A stretch of DNA of 64,000 nt, from the NCBI GenBank assembly GCA_963719035.1, contig CAVRAO010000012.1:160001-224000 (forward strand), given 5' to 3'. The position numbers and the translations under genes are program-made. Shown here in pieces: positions 52,059-63,059 of this stretch; position 1 is the stretch's first letter, and every line of letters begins with the position of its first letter. The DNA comes from Methanobacteriota archaeon. Lineage in GTDB: Archaea; Halobacteriota; Bog-38; Methanoflorentales; Methanoflorentaceae. The notes beneath the pieces are model-generated. The model worked only from the letters and a program-made list of their open reading frames with translations, was not told where the DNA came from and made no database searches.

Positions 52059-54482
52059 GCGGCATCGGTCCGGCTGCCTCTGGGCGAAGCGGAGACCGAT
52101 GGACGCTGACCTACGAGGGGTACTGCCCGGAGGACGAGGGGTTGCGCGAGGCTCTATGCGCCGTGGGCAACGGGTACTTCGTGACTCGCGGCGCCGGCGC
52201 GCAGAGCTGTGCGGACAGCGTGCACTACCCCGGTACGTATCTAGCTGGTGGCTTCAATCGCTTGGTTAGCGACGTGGCCGGACGAGCTATTGAGAACGAG
52301 GACCTCGTCAACCTGCCCAACTGGCTACCTCTCACGTTCCGCGTCGAAGACGGTCCGGAGTTCGATGTCGATAGCGCCGATCTGCTGCAGTACCGGCAGG
52401 AGCTCGACCTCCGCCAGGGCGTCTTGAAACGCGCGCTAGTCTTCAGGGACGATGCTGGTCGCGAGACCGAGCTGACCGAGCGCCGCTTCGTGAGCATGGC
52501 GGACAAGAACCTTGCGGCCATCGAGTTGACGCTCACTGCGCGTAATTGGTCCGGCAACGTTACCTTCGTGTCGGCCCTTGACGGGTCGGTGGTCAATACC
52601 GGCGTGTCGCGATACCTCGACCTAGCTTCGGACCACCTCGAGCCCGTCGCCGCATCGCGACCGAACCCCGACACGATCTGTCTCGTTGCGGAGACCTCGC
52701 AGTCACACATCCGCATCGCCGAGGCCGCGCGCACGCGGCTGAATGTCGGCGGCGACCCCGCGCCCGTCGCCGCCGAGCTGACCGAGCGGACTAGCTACGT
52801 CGGGCTGGTGCTGCCGGCAGTGGCTCAGTGCGGCGTCCCACTGACGGTCGAGAAGACCGTCGTCCTGTGTACGTCACGTGAGAGCGGCATCTCCGAACCC
52901 ACGTACGCCGCTCTCACGCGGCTGGAGGGCGCAGGCGACTTTGCCATCCTCCTCGAGAGCCACGTCGAGGCCTGGGACGCGATCTGGCGCCGCTGCACCG
53001 TTGAAGGAGGTAACGACGATCACGTAGGCATGCTGCTTCACCTCCACGTGTTCCACGTGCTGCAGACCGTTTCGCCGCACACCGTCGACCTAGACGCCGG
53101 TCTGCCAGCGCGTGGCCTCCACGGCGAGGCCTACCGCGGCCACATCTTCTGGGACGAGCTCTACGTGTTCCCGTTTCTCACTGGCGTCTTCCCCGAGATC
53201 ACGCGGGCGTTGCTGTTGTACCGCTACCGGAGGCTGCCGGCGGCCGTGCGGGCGGCCCGCGCGGAGGGGTTCAGGGGGGCTATGTTCCCGTGGCAGAGCG
53301 GCAGCGACGGCCGCGAAGAGACGCAGGTGGTGCACCTCAACCCGAAGTCCGGACGCTGGCTGCCAGACAACAGCTATCTCCAGCGGCACGTGAACGTGGC
53401 GATCGCCTACAACATCTGGTGCTACTACGAGATTACTGGCGATGCTGCGTTCCTGCGCTCTTACGGGGCGGAGATGCTGCTGCAGATCGCCCGTTTCTTG
53501 GCGAGCCTGACGAGCTTCGACGAGGCGCGCGGGCGGTTCGTGATACGCGGCGTCATGGGGTCCGACGAATACCATGATGCCTATCCGTGGTCCGACAAGC
53601 CCGGCATCGACAACAACGCTTACACGAACGTCATGACCTCTTGGGTCCTCCGGCGTGCTCTCGACGCGCTCGACCGGCTCCCCGTTCTCTGGCGCGACGA
53701 GCTGATTCGCAAACTCCGCATCGACGACACTGAGCTTGAGTTGTGGCGCGACATCAGCCGTCGCCTCTTCGTGCCGTTCCTCCCCGATGGCGTCATCAGT
53801 CAGTTCGAGGGGTACGAGCGGCTCGAGGAGTTCGAATGGGACGCCTATCGGGCCAAGTACGGTGATATCGCCCGCCTCGACCGCATCCTCGAAGCCGAGA
53901 GAGACACGCCGAACCGGTATCGTCTGTCCAAGCAGGCGGACACCCTCATGCTCTTCTACCTGTTCGCGGTCGACGAGGTTCAGCGGCTGCTCGTGGAGCT
54001 CGGATACGAAGTGGACGAGGTGATCCTGCAGCGCACTATCGACTTCTACGCCGCACGCACTTCTCACGGTTCCACGCTGAGCCGAGTGGTGCACGCCTGG
54101 CTGCTCGCACGAACCGACCCGGGCGTTTCGTGGTCGCTGTTCCTCGAAGCGCTCGAGAGCGACCTGTACGACATTCAGGGCGGCACGACGCGCGAGGGGG
54201 TGCACTTGGGCGTCATGGCCGGCACGATCGACCTAGTGCGCCGCGGGTTCGCCGGGGTTGAACCGGGTGCGGGGTCGGTGTCGATCGACCCGCGTCTTCC
54301 GCCCCAGCTGGCCACCCTGCGGGTCCTCGCTGCTCGTCGGGGGGTGCTGGCTAGACGTCAGCTTGGCGGACGGACTTTTGACGCTGTCGAACCGGCCAGG
54401 TAACGAGGCCGACGTGAAGGTCAAGCTCCGAGGCCTGGAGGTCGTGCTGGGTCCCGGCCGGTCGATGGAGACTGCTCTCTAG
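52055..54482 (+). CDS. glycoside hydrolase family 65 (trehalose/trehalose-6-phosphate phosphorylase-like), frameshift in last ~50 codons
   Basis: VGNGY, GLHGEAYRGHIFWDE, DEYH, NNAYTN, KQAD, HGSTLS; extra G near 54321-54323 and C-terminal domain continuing in another frame to 54482. Confidence 0.9.
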
Positions 54483-54668
54483 CCCGGCCGCTCGGCCGCG
54501 CTAGGCCCGTTTTAAGGCTTAACGCTTTGAACGAGCGCCCTTTTTTGAAGACGTTCTCGTCACATCCGGCGCCAGTCAAGTTGTGACGCAAACGCTGTGT
54601 CACGCGTTTAAACGCATTTCCTGTCTCACGCGGGATTATAGTGTGTCTGTGCTCACGCTAGATCAGAG

Positions 54669-55106
54669 GTGGACGTTATGGCTACAATTATAGCGAGCAT
54701 GCAGACTTACGAACAACTCGACGCGGGTACCTCTTCGGCCCTGCGCATAAACAGGCGCATCGAAAACGAAGAGATACCACTCTTCATACGAAGGTGCGTC
54801 ATCGACGCAACACGCTGGGAAGTCGACGGAACACGATATGATCAATGGCGCGCTGAAAACGGCAACGGAAAAATTCCCGCTACCGAATGGCGTGAACAAG
54901 TCGTCATTCCCCACCTACAGGAGCGGTTTGACGGGCTTGAACTGCGTGACGATGACCGTCTCTACGGGATTAGACACGACACCGCTGAGGAGATAAATGA
55001 ACGTTTCTACAACCCGCAACAGCTTCGGGGGGCGATGCTTGCAAAGTGCCCAGGACAACGATGGCTATTCGCTCTTGGGTGCTGTCGAAGACACAGACCG
55101 CAGTAA
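54669..55106 (+). CDS. hypothetical protein
   Basis: 145-aa ORF with GAGGTG upstream of ATG near 54678. Confidence 0.55.
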   Translation: MDVMATIIASMQTYEQLDAGTSSALRINRRIENEEIPLFIRRCVIDATRWEVDGTRYDQWRAENGNGKIPATEWREQVVIPHLQERFDGLELRDDDRLYGIRHDTAEEINERFYNPQQLRGAMLAKCPGQRWLFALGCCRRHRPQ

Positions 55107-55176
55107 AGTTCGAGTCTCTTTCAAAGCTCAACTGTAACGATAACGCACTCTGTCAATAATGCGTGCAGCTGTCCAT

Positions 55177-55482
55177 TCACGCGTCATCGTACTCTGTGTC
55201 CGGAAAGGCGTCTTCGAATTCGAGCCTCCTGTCCGTGAGCTTGTTGTACAACATCACTGCATCTGCTAGGCTGAGCGGCGTTAGTTCCGGGTCGTAATTG
55301 TCGTCGTCGCCAAAAAACGGCACCGTTATTTCGTACTTGAAGTAGAGCCCATCAGGCGTGCGGAACAGGTCGACGTTCGTGAGGCCGGTTTTCAGCGTTT
55401 CAATGCAGAACCGGTGCTCGTTTCGCGCAAGAAGAATTGCAGCATCCGTGTCGTACACCACACCGCCAAACGCTTGTCTCAT
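55177..55482 (-). CDS. hypothetical protein of a type recalled from mobile elements
   Basis: GVVYDTDAA...LFRTPDGLYF...PLSLADA pattern. Confidence 0.65.
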   Translation of the reverse strand: MRQAFGGVVYDTDAAILLARNEHRFCIETLKTGLTNVDLFRTPDGLYFKYEITVPFFGDDDNYDPELTPLSLADAVMLYNKLTDRRLEFEDAFPDTEYDDA

Positions 55483-55881
55483 AACTACAGACCTGTAGAA
55501 TGAGCACAAAGATAAGCTTTCTACGTGCGTCGAGAAAGTGACACGTGGCCCCGACGGGTGATGATGGCGCTTTTTGTTCAAAGGCGCAAGCAGGAGCGGC
55601 CTTCATCCGATTGTCTTGGCCTTACCCCCTGTACGCTCAAAAAGAGGTCATGATAACCCTTTAAACATCAGAACATCATCGAAAAGCATAACTTATTCCG
55701 TTACGCCCCTCCGTATCTCCTCGCTCATTATTTCTTTTTTTGATTTCAACCACATATAAGGCTCCGTTCACGACTTGATCTAAGGAGTCTACAGTTTACA
55801 CTCATAAAGTTCCTTGCACGTGCCTCTCAGAACAACCCTATAGGCGTGCCTGAGGTCGTGTTTATGTAATCGTAGTGTTTG

Positions 55882-56988
55882 TTATGTGTAACCGTACGCG
55901 TACTTGAGGTCTTCATTCCAAGCGTCCGAGTAGCTGATTCTGGGATAACCGTTCGCGTCGAGGACGAGGGAAGTATATTCTCCCACGTACCCCGCTGTGT
56001 GGACGCGTTCATAGTGCCAGCCTACATTGCCTGCCGAATCGCTTTTCCACGCATACTTGAGGTTGCCGTTCGGCCATCCTTCGAAATAGCTGATGCGCGG
56101 AAGGCCTCTCGCGTCGAGGGCGAGGGAAGTGTATGCTCCCACGTTACGGCCAGTGTCGACTGCCTCCGTGTGCCAGCCCATTGCATCCTTATAGGCGTAC
56201 TTGAGGTCGTCGTTCGCTCCATCAGAGTAGCTAACGTGCGGATGGCCACTTCCGTCGAGCTCGAGGGAACTGTATGCTCCCACGTTACGGCCAGTGTCGA
56301 CTGCCTCCGTGTGCCAGCCCATTGCATCCTTATAGGCGTACTTGAGGTCGCCGCTCTTATGGTAGCTAATGCACGGGGAGTTCTTCCCGTAGATTTCAAT
56401 GGAGGTATAAGAGATCCGATACCCCCCTGAACCAATGGTGTCGATGTTTCTTGTTATGTGCCAGCCCTCATCGTCCTTATAGGCATACGTTAGGGAGTTG
56501 TCGTCATAATCTACGTAGCTAATGTGTGGGCGGTCGAACGCGTCGAGGGCAAGCGAGGTGTGCCCGCCGACACTACCAGTGCTGTCGACCGTCTGTCTGT
56601 GCCAGCCCTCAGCGTCTTTCCACGCGTACTTGAGGTCTTGGTTCGAAGCGTCAAAGTAGCTAATTCTGGAATCGCCGTTAGAGGTGACGGCGAGTGAGGT
56701 GTACCAGCCACATTGCCACCCGCTGTCGACCGTCTGTCTGTGCCAGCCCTCAGCGTCTTTCCACGCATACTTGAGCTGGTTCGAGCCGTCGTAATCGTAA
56801 TAGCTGATTTTGGAATCGCCGTTGTATACGGCGAGTGAGGTGTATTTGCCCACCCACCCCCTGCTGTCGACAGTTTGAATGCCCCATTGCAGCGCTGCGT
56901 CGGCAGGCACTGTCATGACGAGCGAACAGAGAGGGAGCGCTATGAGCACTCCCAAGAACAGTGATAATGCTTTTTTGTTCGTTGACAT
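55882..56988 (-). CDS. secreted protein of ~47-aa repeats (probable beta-propeller)
   Basis: Signal peptide ending ADA; about 7 repeats of YTSLA...ISY...LKYA..D..GWH...VD. Confidence 0.85.
   Translation of the reverse strand: MSTNKKALSLFLGVLIALPLCSLVMTVPADAALQWGIQTVDSRGWVGKYTSLAVYNGDSKISYYDYDGSNQLKYAWKDAEGWHRQTVDSGWQCGWYTSLAVTSNGDSRISYFDASNQDLKYAWKDAEGWHRQTVDSTGSVGGHTSLALDAFDRPHISYVDYDDNSLTYAYKDDEGWHITRNIDTIGSGGYRISYTSIEIYGKNSPCISYHKSGDLKYAYKDAMGWHTEAVDTGRNVGAYSSLELDGSGHPHVSYSDGANDDLKYAYKDAMGWHTEAVDTGRNVGAYTSLALDARGLPRISYFEGWPNGNLKYAWKSDSAGNVGWHYERVHTAGYVGEYTSLVLDANGYPRISYSDAWNEDLKYAYGYT
56130..56775. repeat. 141-nt-period intragenic repeats
   Basis: 56130-56209 identical to 56271-56350; 56581-56634 nearly identical to 56722-56775. 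Confidence 0.92.
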
Positions 56989-57377
56989 ACGATTTCACCT
57001 TCAAGGCTACATCTGACAGCCCGCCCCCGTCATTGAGACAGTTTGTATACAAATCTCTGAGGACGCCCGTTGATGCTCACACACGTGTGAAAAGTTTATA
57101 ATAATAAAACTTCGAGAGACGATAAATACTTCGATTTGAAACTGATAGGCACTTACTTTTCGATTTTGAGCCCGCAGAAGCAAGCGGGCTATAACAGAAT
57201 GGCACTATTGTTAACTTTAGCATAACTACATTTAACTCCGTATTACTGAGAGGGAGTGCGCAGATTTCTATGACAAACCAATTCACACACATCGCCGACG
57301 TAAAAGTTGGCCGGGTAAAAGGCAACAGTTTACTACACGAATGCAAACCACCGTTGTCCAGCCTATCAGCTATAGCG

Positions 57378-57560
57378 TCACTCTCGTCGGTAGGGCCCCT
57401 CTTCTTCGTAGTCGTACTCGTCTTCGCCTTTCCGTCGCATGAGAAGCACGCCTGCGATGAGGGCAAGCAAAACAATGCCAGCAATCCCAAGCACGATAAG
57501 CAGCGCGTTCGATCCAAGGCCGGTGGCAGCTTCTGCCTGCGAGACGATGTTCCCTTCGCT
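57378..57560 (-). pseudogene. C-terminal anchor remnant of a cell-surface protein
   Basis: GLGSN-TM-MRRKGEDEYD matches the C-terminus of 61279-61797; N-terminal domain missing. Confidence 0.6.
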
Positions 57561-57731
57561 ACGTAGACTTAACATATTACAATACGTTTGTTTTAACAAA
57601 TGGTTATCACGAGATGTTTCGCGGTTTGTGCGATGGATGGCAATCTTCGCAGCGCTTATCATAATCTATGAAACGCTGACCTTGTGTTAGGTAATCCAAT
57701 TACTACACGGCCATTGAAGGACTGTAAAAAA

Positions 57732-58879
57732 ATGATGAAAGAGAGAACCGAAGTCGTCATTCTTGTCGCGGTTTCTGTCATCTCGACTCTGTTCTTGTGG
57801 CTTCCGTTGGCACTTAACGTTAACACGGTTTTAGGGGTTAACATTGCGGCCACAGGAATACAGGTGCTTGAGCGTTACTACGACGGACCGTTATACGTGA
57901 TCGTCGCTAAAACCTTCTACACGTCGACCTCGCCGCTTTATGGGGCGTCCGACTTACCCGCGACGTACTTCGCTGCGCATCTGCCCGGCTATCCTGTCGT
58001 TATCTGGCTCTTTGCGCTCGCTGTGCCACCTTTCGTAGCGATGCTTGTCGCGAATCTTGTTATCTCTGCAGCAGCGGTCGTTGTTTTTTTACTTCCTCGT
58101 AGCGCGCTTCAAGCTTGTGCACGATCCGTTCTCTTCAGCGCTCTTGTTCCTCTTCTTTCCACCCCGCTGGCTCCTCTATCGGAGCGTCGGCGCATCGGAA
58201 CCGCTCTTTATCCTACTCACCTTGTGTATGCTCTACGCCTTAAAGCGGGACGACGCGGGAAAAACCACTCTTTTCGGCGTTTTAGCTGCGCTTACGAGGA
58301 TCTGGGGGGTATTGTCCTTCGTTGTCTGTACTCGGTTCGTGGCTGTGGAATAGGACATTGACCACAAAACGGTTCGTTGTAGTCCTCGCCATCCCCGCTT
58401 CGCTGTTACTCCTCTTTTCGTTTTACGCGCACTCACTCGGCGACTTTTTCGCTTATTTTGGTGTCAACCAAGCTCGTTTGAGCGTACCGTTGCTCACTAT
58501 CCCAGTCAGTGCCGCGATGGCAGAACGCAGCAGCGCGTTTGGAGCAGAGCTCTACGTGATCCTCTTTTTTATCTACAGCCTCGGCATCGTGCAGCTCTAT
58601 CTGAAGGGGTACCGTGAGCTCTTCCTCTATGCGCTCGTTATGTTCGTGCCCCTCCTTTTCGTATTCCATGAGGATATAAGCCGGTATCTGCTGCCTATTG
58701 CGCCTTTTGCTCTCATCATTGGCTTTAACGACCTTGTGCCGAAAAAGCGCATCTATTTCCTAGTTCCTTTTGCGCTGCTATGCATTGGGGGCTATTTGTA
58801 CTGTCTTGCAGTGTTGCCAACCAACCTCTTGCCTCTTGACGCGTTTGAGCGGCTGTTACTGACGCTCGGGATGAGATAG
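57732..58879 (+). pseudogene. GT-C-like multi-TM (mannosyltransferase/PIG-V-like) protein with two frameshifts
   Basis: YDGPLY, AHLPGYP, SEPLF, ALTR motifs spread over three frames; shifts at the T-run near 58084-58090 and near 58327. Confidence 0.7.
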
Positions 58880-59121
58880 GCGTAGCTCTAACGGCAGATG
58901 AGAGCGAATGGCTTTGATTGTGAGAGTAATTCATGTCTTTTCATAGGAGTCGCGCTTCCATGAATGTCCGAGAGCAGAAGCGATTTCGTATGAATTACTT
59001 GAACGATATTCATGGCTTAATTGTTTAACCCGCGATTAAAGCTTCCAGCTTGTAGGAGCGTCTAGGTATCGCAGTCTTATCTATAGCGTCGCTCTCGCCT
59101 GCAGTCCCATTCATCATCTTT

Positions 59122-59811
59122 TCATCGTCGTCGCATCAGGAGCGCTACGGCGATCAGAGCGAGCAGAGCAACGGCGATTCCGACGCCGGGCGTGCTAGGC
59201 GTCGCCGTAGCCGCACTATGTCCGACGACTCCGGTCGTTGTGCCGTTTGTTGTCAGGGTGGAAGTGTTATTTCCCGGAGGAGTGAGAGTAGGTCCGGGCG
59301 GTTCGGGAGTTGGTTGAAGGTTCTGATCCGGGCGGTTCGGGAGTTGGTAGTGAAGGTTCTGTCCGGGCGGTTCGGGAGTTGGTTCGGCCCTTTCGTGAAC
59401 GTTGACCGTTATCTCATCTACTACGGCACCAGAAATATGGAGGGCGAGCCGAACAGTCCCAGCTCTCACGGAACGTAAACGAACTCGATGCCTGACCATT
59501 CGCGTCAGTGACGAGGTTTTGATACCCAACGGAGCTCGCCGCTTCTAATCTCAATGCCTACCGGCACCCCTTCTGATAGGATCGCACCACGTAGGGGAAT
59601 ATGCGCTACTGTCACCTTTACAATAATACACCCGTGCGGTGTACGTTAGCGTATCACCTTCAAAACCCGTTGACGGGCCGGAAAGATCCGCGGTGTTCCA
59701 CTGAATCGCCGATACGGGTTCGGCCAAATCTATAATACTGATAACGGTAACGAGTCGAGCACCGCAACCGTTACAATGCACACTAAACGCGCGTTTCGCT
59801 TGGGTATTCAT
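59122..59811 (-). pseudogene. disrupted cell-surface protein with PGF-CTERM-like anchor
   Basis: Signal peptide paralogous to 61279; Pro/Thr linker; C-terminal STPGVG-TM-RRR; broken between about 59400 and 59580. Confidence 0.7.
59293..59383. repeat. three copies of TCCGGGCGGTTCGGGAGTTGGT
   Basis: Copies start at 59293, 59327 and 59362; encode PTPEPPG on the minus strand. Confidence 0.9.
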
Positions 59812-60322
59812 ACATCTCACCTTTTTAAGTAAAGTTGTCAAAGTTTAAACGTATAAAAATGCACGCGATTGGCATAAAGCTTTCATTTATTGCGATGTTT
59901 TTTGTATTATTTTAAGAAGTGTTTGCAAATGTGCATCTCTAAATGCTTTTTTGCAGCTCTCGTGTTCGTAACATAAGTAAACGTCCTCTGTGTGCAATCA
60001 ATCACACTAAGCTTTCAACGCCTTTTATCACATCTAGTTCAAACACAGGACAGAGCGTCAGGAAGGCTTTGGCCTTTGTCTCCTCAAACTGTTGGCGGGG
60101 TGACAGGTTAAACCCGATCAGATCTGTGCAGCTTATCGAGCTGTGGAGCTTCTTTTACTCCTGTGTAAAGTCAGCGACCGTAGCGACGGTTTTTTCTAAC
60201 CTTCGTGAAACCTAATGCGCTCAGTTCGCTATCGTTATACAGGATGGACTTAAAGTCTTTTTTCTCACGCGCATACCGACGCATGCTACGCGACTAAACC
60301 ACGAAAAAGGGAGGCTAATATT

Positions 60323-60992
60323 ATGAAAAGATGTCTCGCCATATTTCTTATCGCGCTGATGGCTACTGCCATCATCAGTGCGGCGGATGTTGTAACCGCA
60401 CAGAAAGCTACGGCAGCGTCAGATCACAAGCCGTTCATCGTGCAATACAAAGAAGGGAAAACTTACACTTTTGAGGCGGGGCGGCTCACATACGCCACGG
60501 AATTCTTTAGCTTCGAAGGGGCACCGGGGCTCTCCGCATTTGCGGACAAAGATGCATTGTCCGCTTCACTAACAGTCACAGAGGCGGACCAAGGGATTTC
60601 AATGGGTCTTGCCATTATCGACTGGCAGCTCAAGCAGAACCGCGGCTTTACCGATGCGGACCTGGCAAAACCGTGCACAGTAAACGTAGAGATGAGCTAT
60701 ACTATCACGGCAAGCGGGGTCGCTAAGGCACACGGCATCGCAGCGATCGGGCTTGTCAATGAGATGTTCTGGAACGATTATGTGTATGGCACTGATCCCG
60801 CGCCCAGATAATACTAAAACCGTCTCAGATACCTTTACGTGAACCGGTACGCTCGGTGAGCTATTCTCCCTGGGTGCTGATAACCAGCTATATGGGATGG
60901 TAAGCGCCGGAGTGGTGTATGTAGCTGAATGGGAGGCAGCAGGACAAGCTTCCGCGGCTGGCTCTGTCGAAAGCATAACGCTCCAGTTCTAA
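60323..60992 (+). pseudogene. secreted hypothetical protein with frameshift and internal TGA
   Basis: GGAGG SD, signal peptide; extra C at 60803-60805, TGA at 60840, frame continues to TAA at 60990. Confidence 0.65.
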
Positions 60993-61278
60993 GAATATAC
61001 GCTTTAAACGAGGGCACGCACACCCTCACGTTCCTTTTCAAGAGCTCTGTTTCCGTGCGTAGCTGCTACCTGCCGCCGGAGTGTTTGCCGACTTTGGAAA
61101 AAAAATAGAAAGAGAGACCCCTCCCGCGTAGTTGACCAGCTTAAGCACCAGCACGCGCCTGTGCGCTCTGCATTCTCTTACTGCAGGTGACGGATCGATT
61201 TCACGCAAGCTTTAAGCCGAGCGCGAACATTCTTATTCAGTTAAAATCCGGTAGCGATAGCTACGGGGGTGGACATTT

Positions 61279-61797
61279 ATGGATACTCACGCACAACGTG
61301 CATTTTCTGTGTTCGAAGCGGTTGCGGTGGTTGCCGTTACCGTGTTTGGTATTGTTGGTCTAACGGTGGTTCCTGTGTCAGGCAACAACGGTGAGTTGCT
61401 CGTTTTCCCAACTGTAGATACCTCGTCAGACGATGGTACCTTGCTCATTTGGCCAACAATTGAGACGGGTGATGACACTGAAGCTAGCCCCTCGCCGTCA
61501 GGAGCTAGCCCCTCGCCGTCAGGAGCTAGCCCCTCGCCGTCAGGAGCTAGCCCTAATCCGACAGCCGGTGGTGGACAATCATCAGCAGCGCCTATCCTTT
61601 CCGAAGAGGGGATCGAAGACGTCACCCACAGGTTAAAGCTGCCACAGGGACTCGGGTCTAATTGGCTGCTTCTCTTGCTCGCAGTTGTTGTAATTGTGCT
61701 GCTCGCCATCATCGCAGCAGCGCTCCTTATGCGACGAAGACGCGAGGATGAGTACGATCGAGAGGGTTACCGGCGAGAGCGGCGCTATAGACGCTAA
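61279..61797 (+). CDS. low-complexity cell-surface protein with N-terminal signal and C-terminal TM anchor
   Basis: Hydrophobic N-terminus, ASPSPSG repeats, GLGSN-TM-RRRREDEYD. Confidence 0.75.
   Translation: MDTHAQRAFSVFEAVAVVAVTVFGIVGLTVVPVSGNNGELLVFPTVDTSSDDGTLLIWPTIETGDDTEASPSPSGASPSPSGASPSPSGASPNPTAGGGQSSAAPILSEEGIEDVTHRLKLPQGLGSNWLLLLLAVVVIVLLAIIAAALLMRRRREDEYDREGYRRERRYRR
61482..61553 (+). repeat. 21-nt tandem repeat x3.4 (AGCTAGCCCCTCGCCGTCAGG)
   Basis: Perfect units at 61482, 61503, 61524 and a partial unit at 61545. Confidence 0.95.
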
Positions 61798-61830
61798 GAT
61801 CGCTCTCAATGGCTAACAACAGAAGGGGAA

Positions 61831-62829
61831 ATGAAAAAGATAATTGCGGTTGTGTTGACAACCCTGTTAACTGCATCGATCGTTTTGAGTGCCGGATGCA
61901 CCTCGTCAGATAACGAAAAAGCAACAACAACGGAGCGGGACTTTGGTAATTCACCCGTCCCAGCCCCATCCACCCCCGTGCGTCTCGTATTCATCCACCA
62001 CTCCACCGGCGAGAACTGGCTTCGCGACGACAACGGACAATTGGGCACGGCGCTGCGCGATAACAACTATTTCGTGAGCGATACCAACTACGGCTGGGGG
62101 CCCGAGACGCCTGATAAAGGCCCCATCGGTGATAACACCGACATCGGTGACTGGTGGCTGTGGTTCCGCAGTCCGAACAGCTCTACCTACCTCGAATCGT
62201 TGTACGCCGAGGACGGACAAAACACAGATAACTCCCGGCTTACCGCCAACTTTGGGGGCGAGAACACCGTTGTGATTTTCAAGTCGTGCTTCCCCAATTC
62301 GGCCCTCCAAGGCAATCCTGATGACGACATGCCGCCACTTGCTGACAACCGTCTGCGTGGCCAGAGTGCCGGCTCAGAGGATCACACTGTTGCGAATGCC
62401 AAGGGCATCTACGTCGACCTGCTCGAATACTTCCGCACGAAACAGGACAAACTGTTTGTCGTGGTTACCGCGCCACCGCTCAGCGATCCAACCAACGCGA
62501 ACAACGCCCGTGTGCTCAACCAGTGGCTGGTCAACGACTGGCTCAAGGACTACCCCTACAACAACGTGTTCGTCTTTGACTTCTACAACGTGCTGACGAC
62601 GAACGGGGGCAACTCACACGTGAACGACCTCAATCAAGACGCGGGCAACCACCACCGCTGGTGGAACAACGCTGTGCAGCATCAGGCCGATACGCGCCGC
62701 AACGTGAACGCCTATCCTTCTGGCAGCGACGACGACCACCCGTCACAGGCGGGCAACGCGAAGGCAACCGCAGAGTTCTTCCCTCTTTTGAATTTGGCGT
62801 ATAATCGCTGGTCGCAAGGCGCAACGTAG
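61831..62829 (+). CDS. lipoprotein, possible SGNH-like hydrolase fold
   Basis: LSAGC lipobox; FIHHSTG, FKSCFPNS and C-terminal DDHP (DxH-like). Confidence 0.75.
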   Translation: MKKIIAVVLTTLLTASIVLSAGCTSSDNEKATTTERDFGNSPVPAPSTPVRLVFIHHSTGENWLRDDNGQLGTALRDNNYFVSDTNYGWGPETPDKGPIGDNTDIGDWWLWFRSPNSSTYLESLYAEDGQNTDNSRLTANFGGENTVVIFKSCFPNSALQGNPDDDMPPLADNRLRGQSAGSEDHTVANAKGIYVDLLEYFRTKQDKLFVVVTAPPLSDPTNANNARVLNQWLVNDWLKDYPYNNVFVFDFYNVLTTNGGNSHVNDLNQDAGNHHRWWNNAVQHQADTRRNVNAYPSGSDDDHPSQAGNAKATAEFFPLLNLAYNRWSQGAT

Positions 62830-63059
62830 ATTTTCGATGCCGGCTTACACCCTTAATCCAAGCAGGAGCGCCGCTCCCGAGCACACGCATTAAAGGATAC
62901 ATCACGTCAGGCTTTGATGTAAAACGCCAACTTAGTTTCCCTATTAAGCCAAACGAATACAGCGCCGGCGAACTGCTCTACTGTAGGAAACTCAGCAAAA
63001 CATAATTGAGCGATAAACCACCAGCAGTCGTATACAAAAATCGCTTCGCCCCCGGCTTA

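Noticed and set aside
53090-54205. 371-aa antisense ORF and other long shadow ORFs at 50-54 kb and within uvrAB
   Set aside because: Expected by-product of high GC3 opposite well-supported genes
58351-58353. TAG as pyrrolysine readthrough
   Set aside because: The membrane protein continues in a different frame before this codon, so a frameshift explains it
59293-59383. CRISPR-like repeats
   Set aside because: Spacers are only 12-13 nt and similar to each other; the repeats encode a Pro-rich linker; no cas genes
60840-60842. In-frame TGA as selenocysteine
   Set aside because: No redox-motif context, no recognisable SECIS, and the gene also has a frameshift; a nonsense mutation is simpler
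61482-61553. CRISPR array or iterons
   Set aside because: Head-to-tail in-frame 21-mers without spacers that encode ASPSPSG
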